A DNA stretch of 64,000 bases from Selaginella moellendorffii (lineage: Eukaryota > Plantae > Lycopodiophyta), in the NCBI RefSeq assembly GCF_000143415.4, contig NW_003314284.1, forward strand, positions 1,931,715-1,995,714, given 5' to 3'. A model generated the notes under the pieces. It was not told the DNA's origin and searched no databases. It was given only the letters and a program-made list of their open reading frames with translations. The stretch's first letter is position 1. The number at the start of each line of letters is the position of its first letter. Of the stretch, positions 24,790 to 38,100 are shown in pieces. The position numbers were made by a program, and so were the translations under genes.

Positions 24790-25279
24790 AGCCATGGTCG
24801 CAAGTCCTTGTCCTGCAAGGAATCAGTCCTGAGTTAGATTGTGAGTTATCAACCATTAGCGACAATATCAGGATACAATAAAGAATGGAGGAAGAATAGA
24901 GCCATTCTTCTTCTTACCTTAAATGAAAAGGAACTTAGAAAATAAAACTTTGAGCTTCGTTCGCTGCAAAACAACCAAGCTTTGTCATGAATAATGCGTC
25001 GAGTTGGCTTGCTCAGAGTCATGGAAGTTTTATATGTCGAATGCCAGCATTGGTCTAGCCTCTGGTAACATGATTCTCATCACAGCAACATTTAAAAGAG
25101 CAGGGAATAGACTCAAGCAATGTCTTGTCAGAAAAGCATTACCTCTCCTCTGCTCAAACATGCTAACAGACTTGAAAGTTATAAAAGCAGCACACACAAA
25201 CAGGAAACAAAAGATGGAAAAATCATTGTAATCACAGGGCAGGATGCCAAGCACGAAGTGGAAAGAGACGAATCACGAA

Positions 25280-25635
25280 TCAAAACGGTAGTAGCGACCA
25301 GACCCGAAACACAAAATCGTGCTCGATCCATGCCAAAAAAGAGATTGCGAAAAAGAAATGAGAGGGGAGAGAACACCAGCAAAAATGCCACAGCTGTGAG
25401 ACACCATGATTGAGTCCACAGACCGGCGGAGCGGTCTTCAGTCGACATGGAAAGCTGTGGCCGCTGTAGATGGGCCCAAGAGGAAAATCTGGAGTGATTC
25501 ACAGACCCACCGCAGCGGCAGCAGTAGCAGCAAATCCAACACCTCGCGCGCCGTGAAGGCGTCCGGATTGCATGACTGGCATACCTCGCACGCCGTGGCC
25601 GCCGCCAGCCACACCAGATGTGCGCTGCATCCCAT
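25280..25635 (-). CDS. Hypothetical small protein (3' end uncertain)
   Basis: ATG 25635 behind telo-boxes (25644-25666); MGCSAHLVWLAAATACEVCQSCNPDAFTAREVLDLLLLLPLR; probable intron ~25466-25510. Confidence 0.35.
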
Positions 25636-25840
25636 GCTTCGCCTTTAGGGGCGCCCTAACCCTAAACGCATCTCACCCGAATATCCCTTGCTGCCTTGGT
25701 TTAAAAGAGCATCGGGCGAATATTCGTCAGATTTAAATTTTCGAAAGCAAAGCTTATTCGCGGCAGATCTCGCGGAGGAGGGAAAGAATAGAAGAGACCG
25801 TCGCTCGCAAGCATGGATTGGTTTGTCACTGTTCGATCAA

Positions 25841-26961
25841 TCAGTTGGTTCTCCTGCAGTTGCTCCGGATCTCGCCCTGGCTGCCGGTGAGCGGCTGCAA
25901 ATTCCCCATGTTCACCATGGACACCGCGAAATTGTTGAAGAAGCTCGTCTGATCGGTGCTGAAGTTGCTGACAAGCGCCGCGGTGGTGCCGTTGAGGAGC
26001 TCGGCGTCCGAGTTGAGCAGGACCTGGCCATTGAGCACATTGGCGTAGTACTGGTTGTCGAAAGTGTCCTGGGTGACGGGGTCGAAGTTGGCCACCACGC
26101 TGCCGTTGCCCCCGTTGGGACAGATCTGCTGGAGGGTCGGCAGGTACGTTGAGTTGATCCGGGGATCGGGCTGCCCGTTGCTGAAGTTGAAGAGCCTGTT
26201 GGAGAAAGTGGTGCAGCGAGCCCGGCCGAAGGTGTGCGCGCCGGACAAGACCACCATGTCCAGCGTCGAGAGCCCCACATTCTGGTACGCCGCAATGAGC
26301 TGAGCGTTCGTGGATGTTGGCGGCGGGATGTTGGCCTGCGCGAGGGAGAAGTTTGCTGTGGTGCTGTCTCGCCTTCCCAGCTGGACCGTCCAGGATGGTC
26401 CTCCGCTCTGGGAAAAAGAAAGAAGAGAAGGTGCGGGGGTTAAGAGTTTGTGATTTCGTGAAATGGATTCGGGTTAGAGTACTGACCAGGACTACTGCCG
26501 CCTTGGCTGCGATGGCGAGGATGTCGGCACAGGAGACGGTGTTGTTGCAGACGCTGTCAACCTGCGACTTAATCTGGTCGATGACATCGAAGCCTCGGAG
26601 CGAGGCGTTGTTTGGAGCTGCCGTTTTCTCCCCTGTGAAATTCGCAGTGTCGTCCAGGAGAGATGACGCATCGCAGCCCTGCGGGGGGCAGAGGACGAGT
26701 CAGAAGGAGACAGAGGAATTCTGGACCAAAAGGAGAGAAATTAAATTCAATACTTACATTTACGAAGCAGTCGTGGAAATGCATCCGGAGAAGCGAGGCA
26801 GCAATTCGAACATCGCTCTGCATTGCCTGCTGGAGAGTATTTGTCACGACGGTCTCTACGGTGGGGCAAGACGAGTTGTAGAAAGAGGGACTGAGCTGAG
26901 CGACGGATCGCCGGAAAAGGATTGTAAGCAGCAACGTTGCAAGTACTTCGTAGCGAGCCAT
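25841..26961 (-). CDS. Class III secretory peroxidase, 3 exons
   Basis: [74 protein letters not shown]. Confidence 0.95.
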
Positions 26962-28232
26962 ATTGGAACAGTCTTGAGCACTAAACTCAGCCGCTCTGCT
27001 TCCCGGCTACTCCCAAGGAGTAGAGAGTATATATACCAGACATTTTACGATGCGTCGAGGAACTTATCTCGGTATGCTGTCAACTAGTGTCAACTGCGTC
27101 GAGAGCGCTGTCTGGAATGGTTTGACGACTTTAACATTTTTTTTTGCATCCTTTCCTGCTACAAAAGAAGGTCAGTTCCTTGAATCGATGGGAAAACCAA
27201 TCATTTACCCAAAAATGTGCTACCATGAAGCCGTAAAAAGAACCTGTACCAACCAATGATGCTGATGTTGCACCGAAGGGCAGTCTTCTCTTCCAAAACA
27301 ATCAGGGACAGTCGCTTTTCTTTCTGACAGCCTCTACGACCATCCACCACCAAAGAAAGCTCAAGATCTACGCCTCTGATAGGAAGACCCGGTCAGTACA
27401 AATAACACAAGCGTGATACATAGCGCGTACCTGGTAGAAACTTTACGTGCCATATCCTGTAGCAGAACGTGCTGGCCATAGCCAAAGCATTGAATTAGTT
27501 GCTGAGGTAGCCTGTAAAGCGAGCATTGACTTCCTTGGCTTCAAAAGTGTTATCTTTCCTTCTTTCTGGCAGGCACAAGAGAATAGAAACATCTCCTTGC
27601 GCCTGTTACGTCCAAGCATGGCTCACATGAAGAATAGAAAACCGGGTTTTTGTACTATAGAGAAATGTCGGACCTCGATTATCAAGGAAGACGTCATTAC
27701 GCTGAAAAATCCTGCCAACTCAACGAGTGTATCAGCCGCAGACACGCCTATATAAGAGCCCGCTTACCCCTCTAGTCTCTACGTACATGGACATTTGAAC
27801 CGAACGCATAGCACTCGAAAATCTGAGCAGATGAAAGGTCAATTAGATAGATACCAACTCGAAGGGGTCCCGTTGAGTCGTGTCTGGTGGATGTTCACGT
27901 TCTCTGCAGTTTTGATAAACGTAAAATTGAGGACAGCGGGGCCAATACAATATTCTTCTTTTTCTTCTTCTTGTCCTGGAGAAATCAAGATCAAACACGG
28001 GAATCACAACCAGAAAGGAAGAACAAGATACAGATGTTACCAGGCATCCCGGAGCGCCCGCATCGTTTGCTAACAGAGAAACAAACCTCGTTTCGAGTGA
28101 GAACAACAATGAAAAGCACAGAGAGCCAAGCGAAAAGACCTGTTCTACCAGTGAAGATGTCACAACTTTCATTCATTCCTGTCACAGGCTTGGTTGATAC
28201 ACTTTGCACGAATCCTTTGAGTCAGTGCTGTG

Positions 28233-30201
28233 TCAAAAATTAAAGCCAAAACCTCCACCGCCGGGGAAGCCACCCTCGAATGTGAAAGTGAATCCACTTC
28301 CACTTCCACCTCCACCCCCGCCAAATGGATTAAATCCCGGACCCCCCATCTGCGGTTCCTCGTCCTCTCCCCGGTCATATCGCGTTCGTTTGTCTTCGTC
28401 CCCGAGAACCTAGAGGAGGTGCTACGTACTTAGTAAGAAAAACGAAGAAAAAAGATTGCTTACTTCATATGCTGCAGCAATATCCTGAAACTTACGCTCA
28501 GCTTCCTCCTTGTTATCTACATTTTTGTCCGGATGCCACTGCAATGCCAACTTCTTGTACGCTCTTTTTATGTCAGCAGCACTGGCAGTCGTTTCTACAC
28601 CCAAAATCTCGTACCAGTTTCTCCGCTTACTGAGTTTCAAGCCTTTTTCAGCTCTGTGAAGCCCTTCTCTGGCGCTTTGGCTCTGCAAAGATGAATTCAA
28701 GGTTCCGCTTCGTTTATTTCACCTTAAGTGGTACCTGAGATTTATGAAACGATGTTTTAAAATCTGACATTGCCCCTTCCCAGTCCTCTACTAGAATTTT
28801 GGCTTCCCCACTCTGCAATCGCGGACAGTCGGATAGAGCATCGCAACCAATAATTCACAAACAAACCTGAAGCAAAGCTTCCGCATGTTCGCCATCAATT
28901 TTCAATGCCGACGAACAGGCTGGCAGAGCCTCCTTACCACGACCGAGCTTAACAAGTGTTTTGCATAGTCCTAGATACAGAACAAAGCTCTGCGTCTCAT
29001 GTTCGGGATCCAGTGATAAAGCCTCATTATATTGTTCAACTGCCTTGCGAAATTTCCCTTTTTCAAAAAGATCTTCGGCCTGAAATGAAACAGCAACAAT
29101 GTAAACGAAGCAGAAGAAAAGGCATGCACTCACATTCTTTGTCTTCTTTAAAAGATTTTTCAGCTTGAAATACTCCTTCTTCAAGCTGCTGTGTTCGGGA
29201 TCAAGGCGCAAACCCTTCTGATAATGTCTAGAAGGCATAAACGTTAGTTCTTGCTCAACAACAAAACTAAAAGAACATACCTGGTGGCCACGTCGAAGTC
29301 CGAGAGATAGTAGTAAGCTTGCCCACGAAGAAGCAAAGCATCCAAGTCGTCTTCATTCTCCTTGAGTATAAATCCTGTCTCTCCCACAACACCTGCATAG
29401 TCTTTCTTTTTCAGGAGAATCCTTGCTCTTAAAAATCTCGCCTGCAAAGCAACAATACGCTTTTACCAAAACTCTGCCATGACATCTATACCAACCTTTG
29501 AGCAATCAGGAGAAAGCGATAAAAGAACTTCCAAGTGTTCTTCCGCTTTTGTGAAATCGTTGTTTTCATAGCTACTCTCGACTTGCTTCAGCGCGTCTTT
29601 TGCTTGAGTTACCATAGAGAGCTCCTTCTTAGCACCCGCATGCCCTGGTTTCATACCCAGCGCCTTAGAAACAACACTCTCAGCCTCATCCAACCTACAT
29701 GTCGAGTCTTTGCACAAACTCTCGATAACTGACTGGAAATCTTACTCGCAAGTCTGGCGAAGAACTTGGCTTCGTTGCAAATACCCATTCACGTAGCTTG
29801 GATCGATGTCCACCAGCTTATCGAGATCACGCAACGCGTCTTTGTACCGTTTTTGCTGAATGTATGCTGCTGCTCTCTTCGAATATCCGATCGACGCATC
29901 GGGATCAATCTCTAAGAGAACACAAAACTTCAGTTGGACAAAGCCACGAAATTTCCGCTACCTATGAATGAAGTGTAGTGCCGTATAGCCGCAAAGTACT
30001 CTCGATTGGAGAACGACTCATCTCCAGATTTCAAGTAAGATCCTGAGAAGGAAGAAAAGAAATCACTGCAAGCGCGAGCTGGAGAAAAATCTTACCCGCA
30101 TTGGAGGCAAAAACTCCCAGAAGATTGATTGCCGATACCAGCAGCACGATTGGCGCGAAGGAGATCATGAGCTGACGATGCCTGTCGCAAGCAATCCTCA
30201 T
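28233..30201 (-). CDS. P58IPK: DnaJ protein P58IPK homolog (signal peptide, TPRs, J domain, G/F tail)
   Basis: TPR exons, [50 protein letters not shown]. Confidence 0.92.
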
Positions 30202-30440
30202 CGCGCGGCGCCTTGAATCAACGCATATTTCTAGGCCAGAGCGGCCTTGCCCTAGAGATCAAAAATGACAATGAGGTTTCATGTTACTGGTCCACGTGTA
30301 TATTGCGCTGAGGTGGCTAGACAGGATTGGAGCATATGATGTGTAACAGTATGCGATATATTTTCAAGAAAAAAAAGGGACAGAGACAGGCAGAGGATCC
30401 TTTTTTAGGGTTCTTCGCTCGCTCGCTCGCTCGCTCGCCC

Positions 30441-30989
30441 TCATTGCTGTAGCGAATCTTGCGATGGCGCCATCATGATCCGAAACTCCTCGAAATCCAC
30501 CAGGCCATTGCCGTCCGAGTCGACGCCCTTGATCATCCTCCGGCACTCGGATTTGGTGATCTTGTCGCCCATTTTCTGGAGCACGCAGTGGAGCTCGTCC
30601 GCCGAGATGAATCCATTTCCATCGATGTCGAAGACCTGGAATGCGGCCCGGAGATCGCCGGCGGAGCTGCCGCCCTCGTCATTGGCGCGGAGGAATTCCT
30701 CCAGGCTGATGAAGCCGTCGCCGTCGGAGTCGATCGCCCTGAGCAGCCCCAGCAGCTCCGTGTCGTCGGGATTAGCATTCCCTATCAGTCTGAGCATCGC
30801 GCGGAGCTCCTCCAGGCAGATCCTTCCATCCCCGTCGGTGTCGATCGACCTGAAAACCTGTTCTAGCTCCTTGGCGCGTTGATCAATGGACCTAGCCGGC
30901 GATGGAACAGTAGCCTCGGCGGCAATGCTCGCCACTGGAGAATCCCTACCAGATTTCTTCCCCCTGAGCGATCGATAGAACTTCATCAT
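30441..30989 (-). CDS. Calmodulin-like EF-hand protein (CML), intronless
   Basis: Four EF-hands: DTDGDGRICLEE, DSDGDGFISLEE, DIDGNGFISADE, DSDGNGLVDFEE. Confidence 0.93.
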   Translation of the reverse strand: MMKFYRSLRGKKSGRDSPVASIAAEATVPSPARSIDQRAKELEQVFRSIDTDGDGRICLEELRAMLRLIGNANPDDTELLGLLRAIDSDGDGFISLEEFLRANDEGGSSAGDLRAAFQVFDIDGNGFISADELHCVLQKMGDKITKSECRRMIKGVDSDGNGLVDFEEFRIMMAPSQDSLQQ

Positions 30990-31313
30990 TGCGATCTCTC
31001 TCACACTCCAAAAGCAAGAACCCTACTCCGCGTTATAAGCCTTAAAAGAAAAGGAGGCGCATAAAATTCGAAACGTTAGTTAACGCGCCAAAGAATATAT
31101 CTCCCAAAATTCTAGGAAGAGTAGAATATACAGAGTATATGCTTTTGGAATATTCACAGGATTTGCGGCGCTTAATGCACGCGAAACGCGACTAGCACGG
31201 GAGGAAAGAGAAAACCAGGTCAGAGAATTCGCTTTGTTCGTTTCTTGGCTGGATCCGATTAGGGTTCTTCACATCGATGAGCGATCGTCGCTAGCGCGCG
31301 CGGCCAGGCAGCG

Positions 31314-32803
31314 ATGAAGTGCATCAGGTTCTCCCACAGCGGCGGCGACAAGCGGCCGGAAGCCAGGAGCAGGAAATCGATCTGGAACCTCTCCTCCAGC
31401 GGCGGATCCAATCCCGATAACGCCCGGCGCTCCGGCTCCGAGGCGAATTCCCAGACGGACGCCAGCGGCAGCGGCCAAGGGTCTCCGGCCTCGAATTTCC
31501 TGCTCAGCTCCTCGATGCGCCAGAACGAGCTCAAGGTCTTTTCGTTCGCGGAGCTCAAGGCGGCGACGAGGAATTTCCACCGCACGCATTGGCTGGGCGA
31601 GGGTGGATTCGGCTGCGTCTACAAGGGATTCATCAAGGTCAACAGGACCGACGGCACCGAGTCCAAGGTAGAAGTGGCGGTGAAGCAGCTCAATGGCAAG
31701 GGATTGCAGGTACATTGCTCGATCGCCATCTCCACGTTCCTAGAATTTCTTTCTCTGTTCTTCATGGGTTTCAAAGTCATAGGCCTAGTAACTTAAGCGT
31801 GTTCTTCGTCCAGGGACACAAGGAATGGCTCTCGGAGATTAGATACTTGGGAGTCGTCGACGATCCCAACTTGGTGAAGCTCATCGGCTACTGCCTGGAA
31901 GACGATCCTCGAGGCGTTCAAATGCTACTCGTGTACGAGTTTATGCCCAAGGGGAGTCTCGAAGGCCATCTTTTCAGGAGAGGGCCCCCGGTTCTTCCGT
32001 GGGAGGCCCGAGTTAAAATCGCGCTGGGTACTGCTCGTGGACTGGCATATCTTCACGAGGAGCTACAAATCCAGGTACATGACTTGTCCAAGTCAGTGTT
32101 TTCACTCTTTTTCCTGCTCAAGCAGATTATTTATCGCGACTTCAAGACGTCAAACATTCTTTTGGATGATTCGTTTGGCCCAAAGCTATCCGATTTCGGG
32201 CTCGCAAGGCTTGGGCCCGAGGGCGGTGATAGTCACGTTACGACCGCTGTGAGTTGACATACATCGGTTCCTTTTCAACTTGCTGTTGATCTTTGATGGA
32301 TGGATGAACAGGTTGTGGGAACTGTAGGCTATGCGGCTCCAGAGTACGTCCACACTGGTCACCTCACAGCCAAGAGTGACGTCTGGAGCTTTGGCGTGGT
32401 TTTGCTGGAGCTGCTCACGGGAAGGAAAGCTCTCGACAAAAATCGCCCAAAGAACGAGCAGCGGCTCTTGGAATGGGTCAAGCCTTACATTTCTACAAGC
32501 CGGAAGTTCCACCTTATCATGGACCCGAGCCTCGAAGGCCACTACCCTCTCCAAGCGGCTCAAAAGATGGCGAGCCTCGCGGCAAGCTGCCTCACGAGGC
32601 AGCCAAAGGCACGACCGAAGATGAGCGAGCTCGTGGAGGGCCTCAAGCAGGTGCTTGCGATCCCGGTTCCAGATGGCGACGGCACCGAGTGCAAGGAAAA
32701 CACTCCCCAGAAGTTGGAGAAGTTTCATTCGGACCCCGGAGTGACCAGAGAGAAGCTCTCGGTGTGGAAGATGTTCACGGTGCCGAAGCTTGTGAAGACT
32801 TGA
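31314..32803 (+). CDS. Receptor-like cytoplasmic kinase VII (PBL/PCRK-like), 4 exons
   Basis: [72 protein letters not shown]. Confidence 0.93.
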
Positions 32804-32834
32804 GAAGCTTGATCCAGAGTTTGGTCCACAACTT

Positions 32835-34297
32835 TCAGCCTTCTTCGTACAGCTTAGCGCCACGTCCGTGTAGCCTTTGACGCCTCCTGGAAAGGTTTTT
32901 GCGACGTCGTAGCTTGGTAGAGGAGCAGCGGACTTGAAGCAGATCTCGCAGCTTGTGGCTACAATCCAGGTCGGGCCGGGTATCCAGTAGCACGCGTGGA
33001 CCTTCACGAAGTGACGCTGCCGTGGTTGACGTTGTCGCTTGGCACCCGGAAAGAAGTTGGATGGGATTAATGCTGTAGTCTGTGGAAGATTTGACGATTC
33101 CCAGCACTGATTTTGGACGGATAAGGTCGACAAAGTCTCTGGCCTCGGAGAAGCAGCAATGAAGCGAGTACGGGACGACGTTAATCAGCCGCGAAGAAGC
33201 GTCAGCAGCTTGGTTGTCGCTGGTTCTTTCCCGGGATTTGTAGCAGCTTTCGGAGCACAGCAGCTTTGGCTTCGGCTTTCGTCCGGAGGATGGATTGCAC
33301 AGGCATAAGCAGCCGGTTGGAAGGATTCCCAGAGTCGGGCGAATCTCGTTCAAGAGCTTTAGGCTCCGGGTGGAGACGCTGCAGCGTGGAACGGCCCGGA
33401 TCCGTGTGATGGAAGTGTCGGTCGTGAAAACATCCGGGAGCTGTAGCAAGTGCATTGTTTTCAACCGTTGTGGCCACACACAGATCTAGAAAGAAAAACC
33501 AGCAGAAAAGAATGTTAGCCAACTCATTCCCAGGAAAATAGAAGAAAGTATGAGTACGTACTTTCGTTTCCAAAGCTTGAGCAATGGAGAGCAAAAGCTC
33601 TTCCTTCCCAAGGTTGTCGATTCCAATCACGATATCTTTCTCCGGGTGGCCTCGTATGAGCTCAATGACCTGGAAGATCGTTTCTTTGTTTTCTCACTCA
33701 ATCGATTGAGCCCGTCCACTTACTCTAGTCGCAGCGGCGTTCCTGGATGGAAAGCAGAAGAGCGGGTTGCAAAATGTGTTGTCAAGGTAGAGAAAATCCA
33801 CCTGAGCTCCACCGATAGCTTCTCTGAGAGCCTCTTTCCTCTCCTCCAGCGTGCATCGATCGTTATTCCATCGAAAGTCCCCGGTATGCAAGACGCACCC
33901 AAACTCTCCATGGAACACATACATCACAGCTCCTGCATGGACAAAAACGAAGAGAATGTAACATAGAAGTTCCAAAGAAATTCAAGAGCTCTCGAAAATC
34001 TTAGGATCAAGACTTACCAGGGCAGTGATCGGCGTCGATCGCCGTGACTTCTAGCAAGGAATCTGCAGCATTGTTGGAAGAGACGAGCGTTGGAGTCCCG
34101 AGGTCGAGAATGTGGAGCAGGGCGGGATTGAAGCCCTTGAATCTGGCGAGGAGGAGCATGGCGGTTACCTGCGAGCAGTAGAGAGGGCCGCGGCACCAAT
34201 CCGCAGACAGGCCCTCAGTGTGATCAGCGTGCAAATGCGTGAGGAAGTAGGCATCGCTGGGGCTCCTCCACTCGTCCACCACAAACCGCCTTCGCAT
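32835..34297 (-). CDS. SNM1B/Apollo-like beta-CASP DNA cross-link repair nuclease, 4 exons
   Basis: YFLTHLHADHTEGL, DADHCPG, LHTGDFR, LYLDNTF, LGKEELL, GILPTG, VPYSLHCCFSE. Confidence 0.9.
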
Positions 34298-35157
34298 TCC
34301 TCTCCGCGCCTTTAGGGCTAGGGCACAAGATTCAATGATTAACTTTCAGTTTATTTTAAAATAAAATCCTTGAAAAGTAGATGATAAAATTAGATAATTT
34401 TAAATTATAAAAATTAACTTTTTTTAGTTATTTTTTTATTCAGTTATTTCAAAATTTATAAGTTATTTAATTATATGAGTGTGGAAATAGAGTATAAATA
34501 ATGTGCATATCATAATATTAATATACAACATTGTAATTGTACATTTAAACTTCATATCATCCTTGTCTTCAAAGGATGAAAAGCAATTAAGATTTTTTAG
34601 TTAATAGGTTAGAATTTAAAGGAATATCAAGAAAAGGCACTAATGAATCTATATATGGTGTTAGTTATTCTTACTCCTTTTATACAAAATGTTTTAACCA
34701 TTACATATGTATAATTTTTAGAGGATCAACTTGTTAAATGTCATGCCAAATCTTATAAACTTGCAATTTAATTTGCCATAACACCCAATATAATCCCTTC
34801 CATTGAGCCTTTTAGACAAATCACATATTTTAAAATTAGGAAAATGGACTAACACCAAGTCATTTATATTATACTTTGTAAGTAAATGATGATGGGAGTT
34901 GTAATGTTATTGTTATCTCACTTATACTTAATATTGGCAGCTTGTAGCAATCATGAAAGTAAACTCAACTACATTAAATCATGACCATACATGAGTTTAT
35001 ATGGTGAAGTATTAATGAAACTCTATACATTTATGACATATATATACAAAAAAAATGGCAAATAACCATCTTAATTTAAATGTTAAAAGTTTATATACTT
35101 CACAATCATCTCTTTAAAAGTGGATTTTTTGAGACTTTCTTGACTTTGGTTTTAAAC

Positions 35158-38100
35158 TGTGAGACACAAAATCCCTAGGCCTCAAAGTGGAGCCAGAAAG
35201 GGTGCCACGTGGTAGTGGCCGAAGCGAAAGCCAAACGAGCATAACACGTTTGGACTAAAAGCTCCGACTTGGAAAGTCGAGAGAGGGAGTGGAACTCCCA
35301 ACAAAGGGCTCGAGGAGCAAGTACGAGGCAACCAATAAGCAAGGCTCCGATGGACCCGAGATGGACCCGAGATGGAGTCCAAGATGGAGTCCGAGATGGA
35401 CCCGAGATGGAGTCCGAGATGGAGTCCGAGATGGACCTGAGATGGACCCGAGATGGAGTCTGAGATGGAGTCCGAGATGGACTCAAGATGGACCCGAGAT
35501 GGACCTGAGATGGAGTCCGAGATGGAGTCCGAGAAGGACCCGAGATGGAGTCCGAGGTGGAGTTTGAGATGGAGTCCGAGATGGACCCGAGATGGAGTCC
35601 GAGATGGACCCGAGATGGAGTCCGAAGTCGAGACCGGGACCAAGACCGAGACCGGGACCGAGACCGAGACCGAGATTAGGACCGAGACCGAGACCGAGGC
35701 CGAGTCCGAGTCCGAGTCCGAGTCCGAATCCAAGTCCGAGTCCGAGTCCGAGTCCGAGTCTGAGGCCGAGTCCGAGTTCGAGCCTGAGAGGGTGAAAGCC
35801 CAAAGCGTTTGTCTCCCAGACCCTAGGGGGTTTGGTGAGCTCCAAAAGTATAGTAGGGGGAGGACTGCAGTGGAGCCAGTTTGGCCAGGAAAGGCTAGTT
35901 TGGCCCAGGAAGGCCGGACCCAGTGTTGGGTGATGAGCTGCCCACTGGGAAGTCCAAGACTAGAGTGAACACGAACCGACAAGCGGGGTAGCTTGGTGAA
36001 GTGTTCAAGAGCCGGCTCTAGTTCCCTCGGGAGATTGACTGGCCGATGCTCCCAGTCCAAGTGTGGGTGGCACTACCTACTTGGATACCTGTCGTGGCTC
36101 AACGGAACCTCGCTCTAAGCCCATGGCTAGAGCACCTAAAGGTGAAAGGCGGGGAGAGTACCCATGAGGCCTGTATAGGGCTACGGTGTTCCGAAATGTT
36201 GTCCCAAAAGCCCAGACTGTGGAGAGGAGGAGGAGTAGTCCTCCGGTGTAGTGACCAAGGATACAGTCGAGTGGTGAGGAAGTCCCAGAGGACTGTGGGA
36301 CTTAGTGGTCGGGCCTGTGGGCCTCGATCCAGTGGCAGTGTTGGCAAACACGGCCATGGGCAAAAAGGGACTTGGTGAAGACCGGAAAAGGGATATTAGG
36401 GAAGGCTATTCCCCATGTCTGTGGGCATCCTAAGGATGCTAAGGAGTGGATCTAGAATGATCACTTATGGACGGATGGCCCAGCCCTTGAGAGATGGGGC
36501 TGTGATGCAGGTGGTGTTAGACTAGCGGTGTGACCAAGGTAAAGGGGCATGGCCTTAGCGTAATGGGCTGATATGTCGGTGGTACCTTGGGGTGTCGGTC
36601 AGGGGATTGGACACGTGGAGCACTTGGATCAAGTGCAAAGGTTGAGTGGCGGGGATGCCATTTTCGGGGCTAGCAAGCCCAAGTCTAAAATAGGACTTAT
36701 GGAGGTTGTGAGTGAGACTCCTCCAAGTGGTTGGAGGTGTGGTTAAGTGACTAAAGTAGAATGGAAAATTTAGTTGCTTACAATTTGGTATTGGAGCTGT
36801 TCCTTAGTCTGAATTTTATTGGTGCTCAAGTATATCACCATTGATGTTGGCATCGGAAGGTCCTAGGAGTGGGCCTATCCTGGAGGAGTAGCATGTCGAG
36901 AGGACATGGCTCTCCACTCAAGTTCATGCGTGAACTTGGGCACAATGTGGTGAATAGAAAAGGGCCAATAATGGAACGACTTTGGGATCTTGGGAACAGT
37001 ATAAGGTCTCCTCAGAGAGCTGAGGATGTGATCCAGATGAGCGTTTGACGCAGCAAACGGGCTAACGTAGTTGTGATAAACAACTATAGTTGGGATCACG
37101 GGAAAGATGTAGACTCTAAAACAATAAAGGAGTCACAAGATTATCCTCATATAGTTGAGGTTGGTGCTCATGAATGTGAGACCAGAGGTAATGACCGTGG
37201 GAGGTCAAATACGGAAGAGGACTCAAGTCCTTGAAATGGTAGCCGGGGCTACCTTTAATAAATGCTGGAACAACCCAAGGAGTTGGGGGGTGTACTTAGA
37301 GATGAGTTGGTATTCTCATCACATGGACAAGTAGTTATAAGGGGCAAAGGTTGCTCCAGAGAAGAAAATCAAGTGTCAGAGTAACACTTGTGAAAATAGT
37401 CCTTCTGAGTAGGACAGGAATGCAAGAAGTGTATTCCAGTGAGCTAGTGCCTCACAAGTAGGACCTTATAGGTCTGTGGATTAACCAAGTCCAAAACTGC
37501 TGAATGACTCAAGTAGAGTCAAGGGATGGTCTTAAAAGGACTGATGAAAGCATTTGGACTGAGGTGTGTTGTACCCCACAAAGGATTGGGGGTGGATTAT
37601 AGGATCCAAGGATGAGAACAGAGGGTATCTCATTGATGGCAAAATGTGCCATGCTAAAGTCGTGGGAAAGGTGTTCCCAAAAAAAAAACAACTTTGACAC
37701 AAAGTTGTGTGTGACCTCTATAGTGCAGTGCTAACGGATAGTTGGCATGAGAAAGAGTGGTATTGGTCTTGGCAAAGACTTAGACACAAGGAAAAAGTGT
37801 CATAGAGGTAGGTTCGTGGAGCTGATGGTGTGGTGACACCAAATGTGCCAAAGTGTGATACCTTGAGGCTATGTTGGTGGGTTCATGAGAACCCCTTGCC
37901 AAAGGAATCCCAATAGAAATGGGAATGGCATGGCCTAAGCTGGAAGGCATGCGGTTGGAGTGTGGTGACCTAAATAATGATGGAGGTGTGGAAGCACCAG
38001 CAATGAGTTGTAGGACTTGACAATTACGAGGCAACTAAGCAAGAGGTGCAAAATAATTGGTTAAACGGGTAGAAGGTAGCTACCCAAGCCTTCTTAATGG

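Noticed and set aside
28204-28413. Proline-rich extensin-like ORF
   Set aside because: Antisense of the Gly/Phe-rich last exon of P58IPK.
35349-35785. CRISPR-like regular repeats
   Set aside because: Head-to-tail units without unique spacers, in a eukaryotic LTR context.
35925-35955. Hammerhead ribozyme (retrozyme) in the LTR
   Set aside because: GTGATGAG is not the CTGANGA core, and no correctly placed GAAA or stems were found.
35175-36060. Long SD/ES/RP-repeat ORFs (also 40850-41867, 46448-47100, 50951-51819)
   Set aside because: They are translations of the stop-free LTR satellite, open in many frames on both strands.
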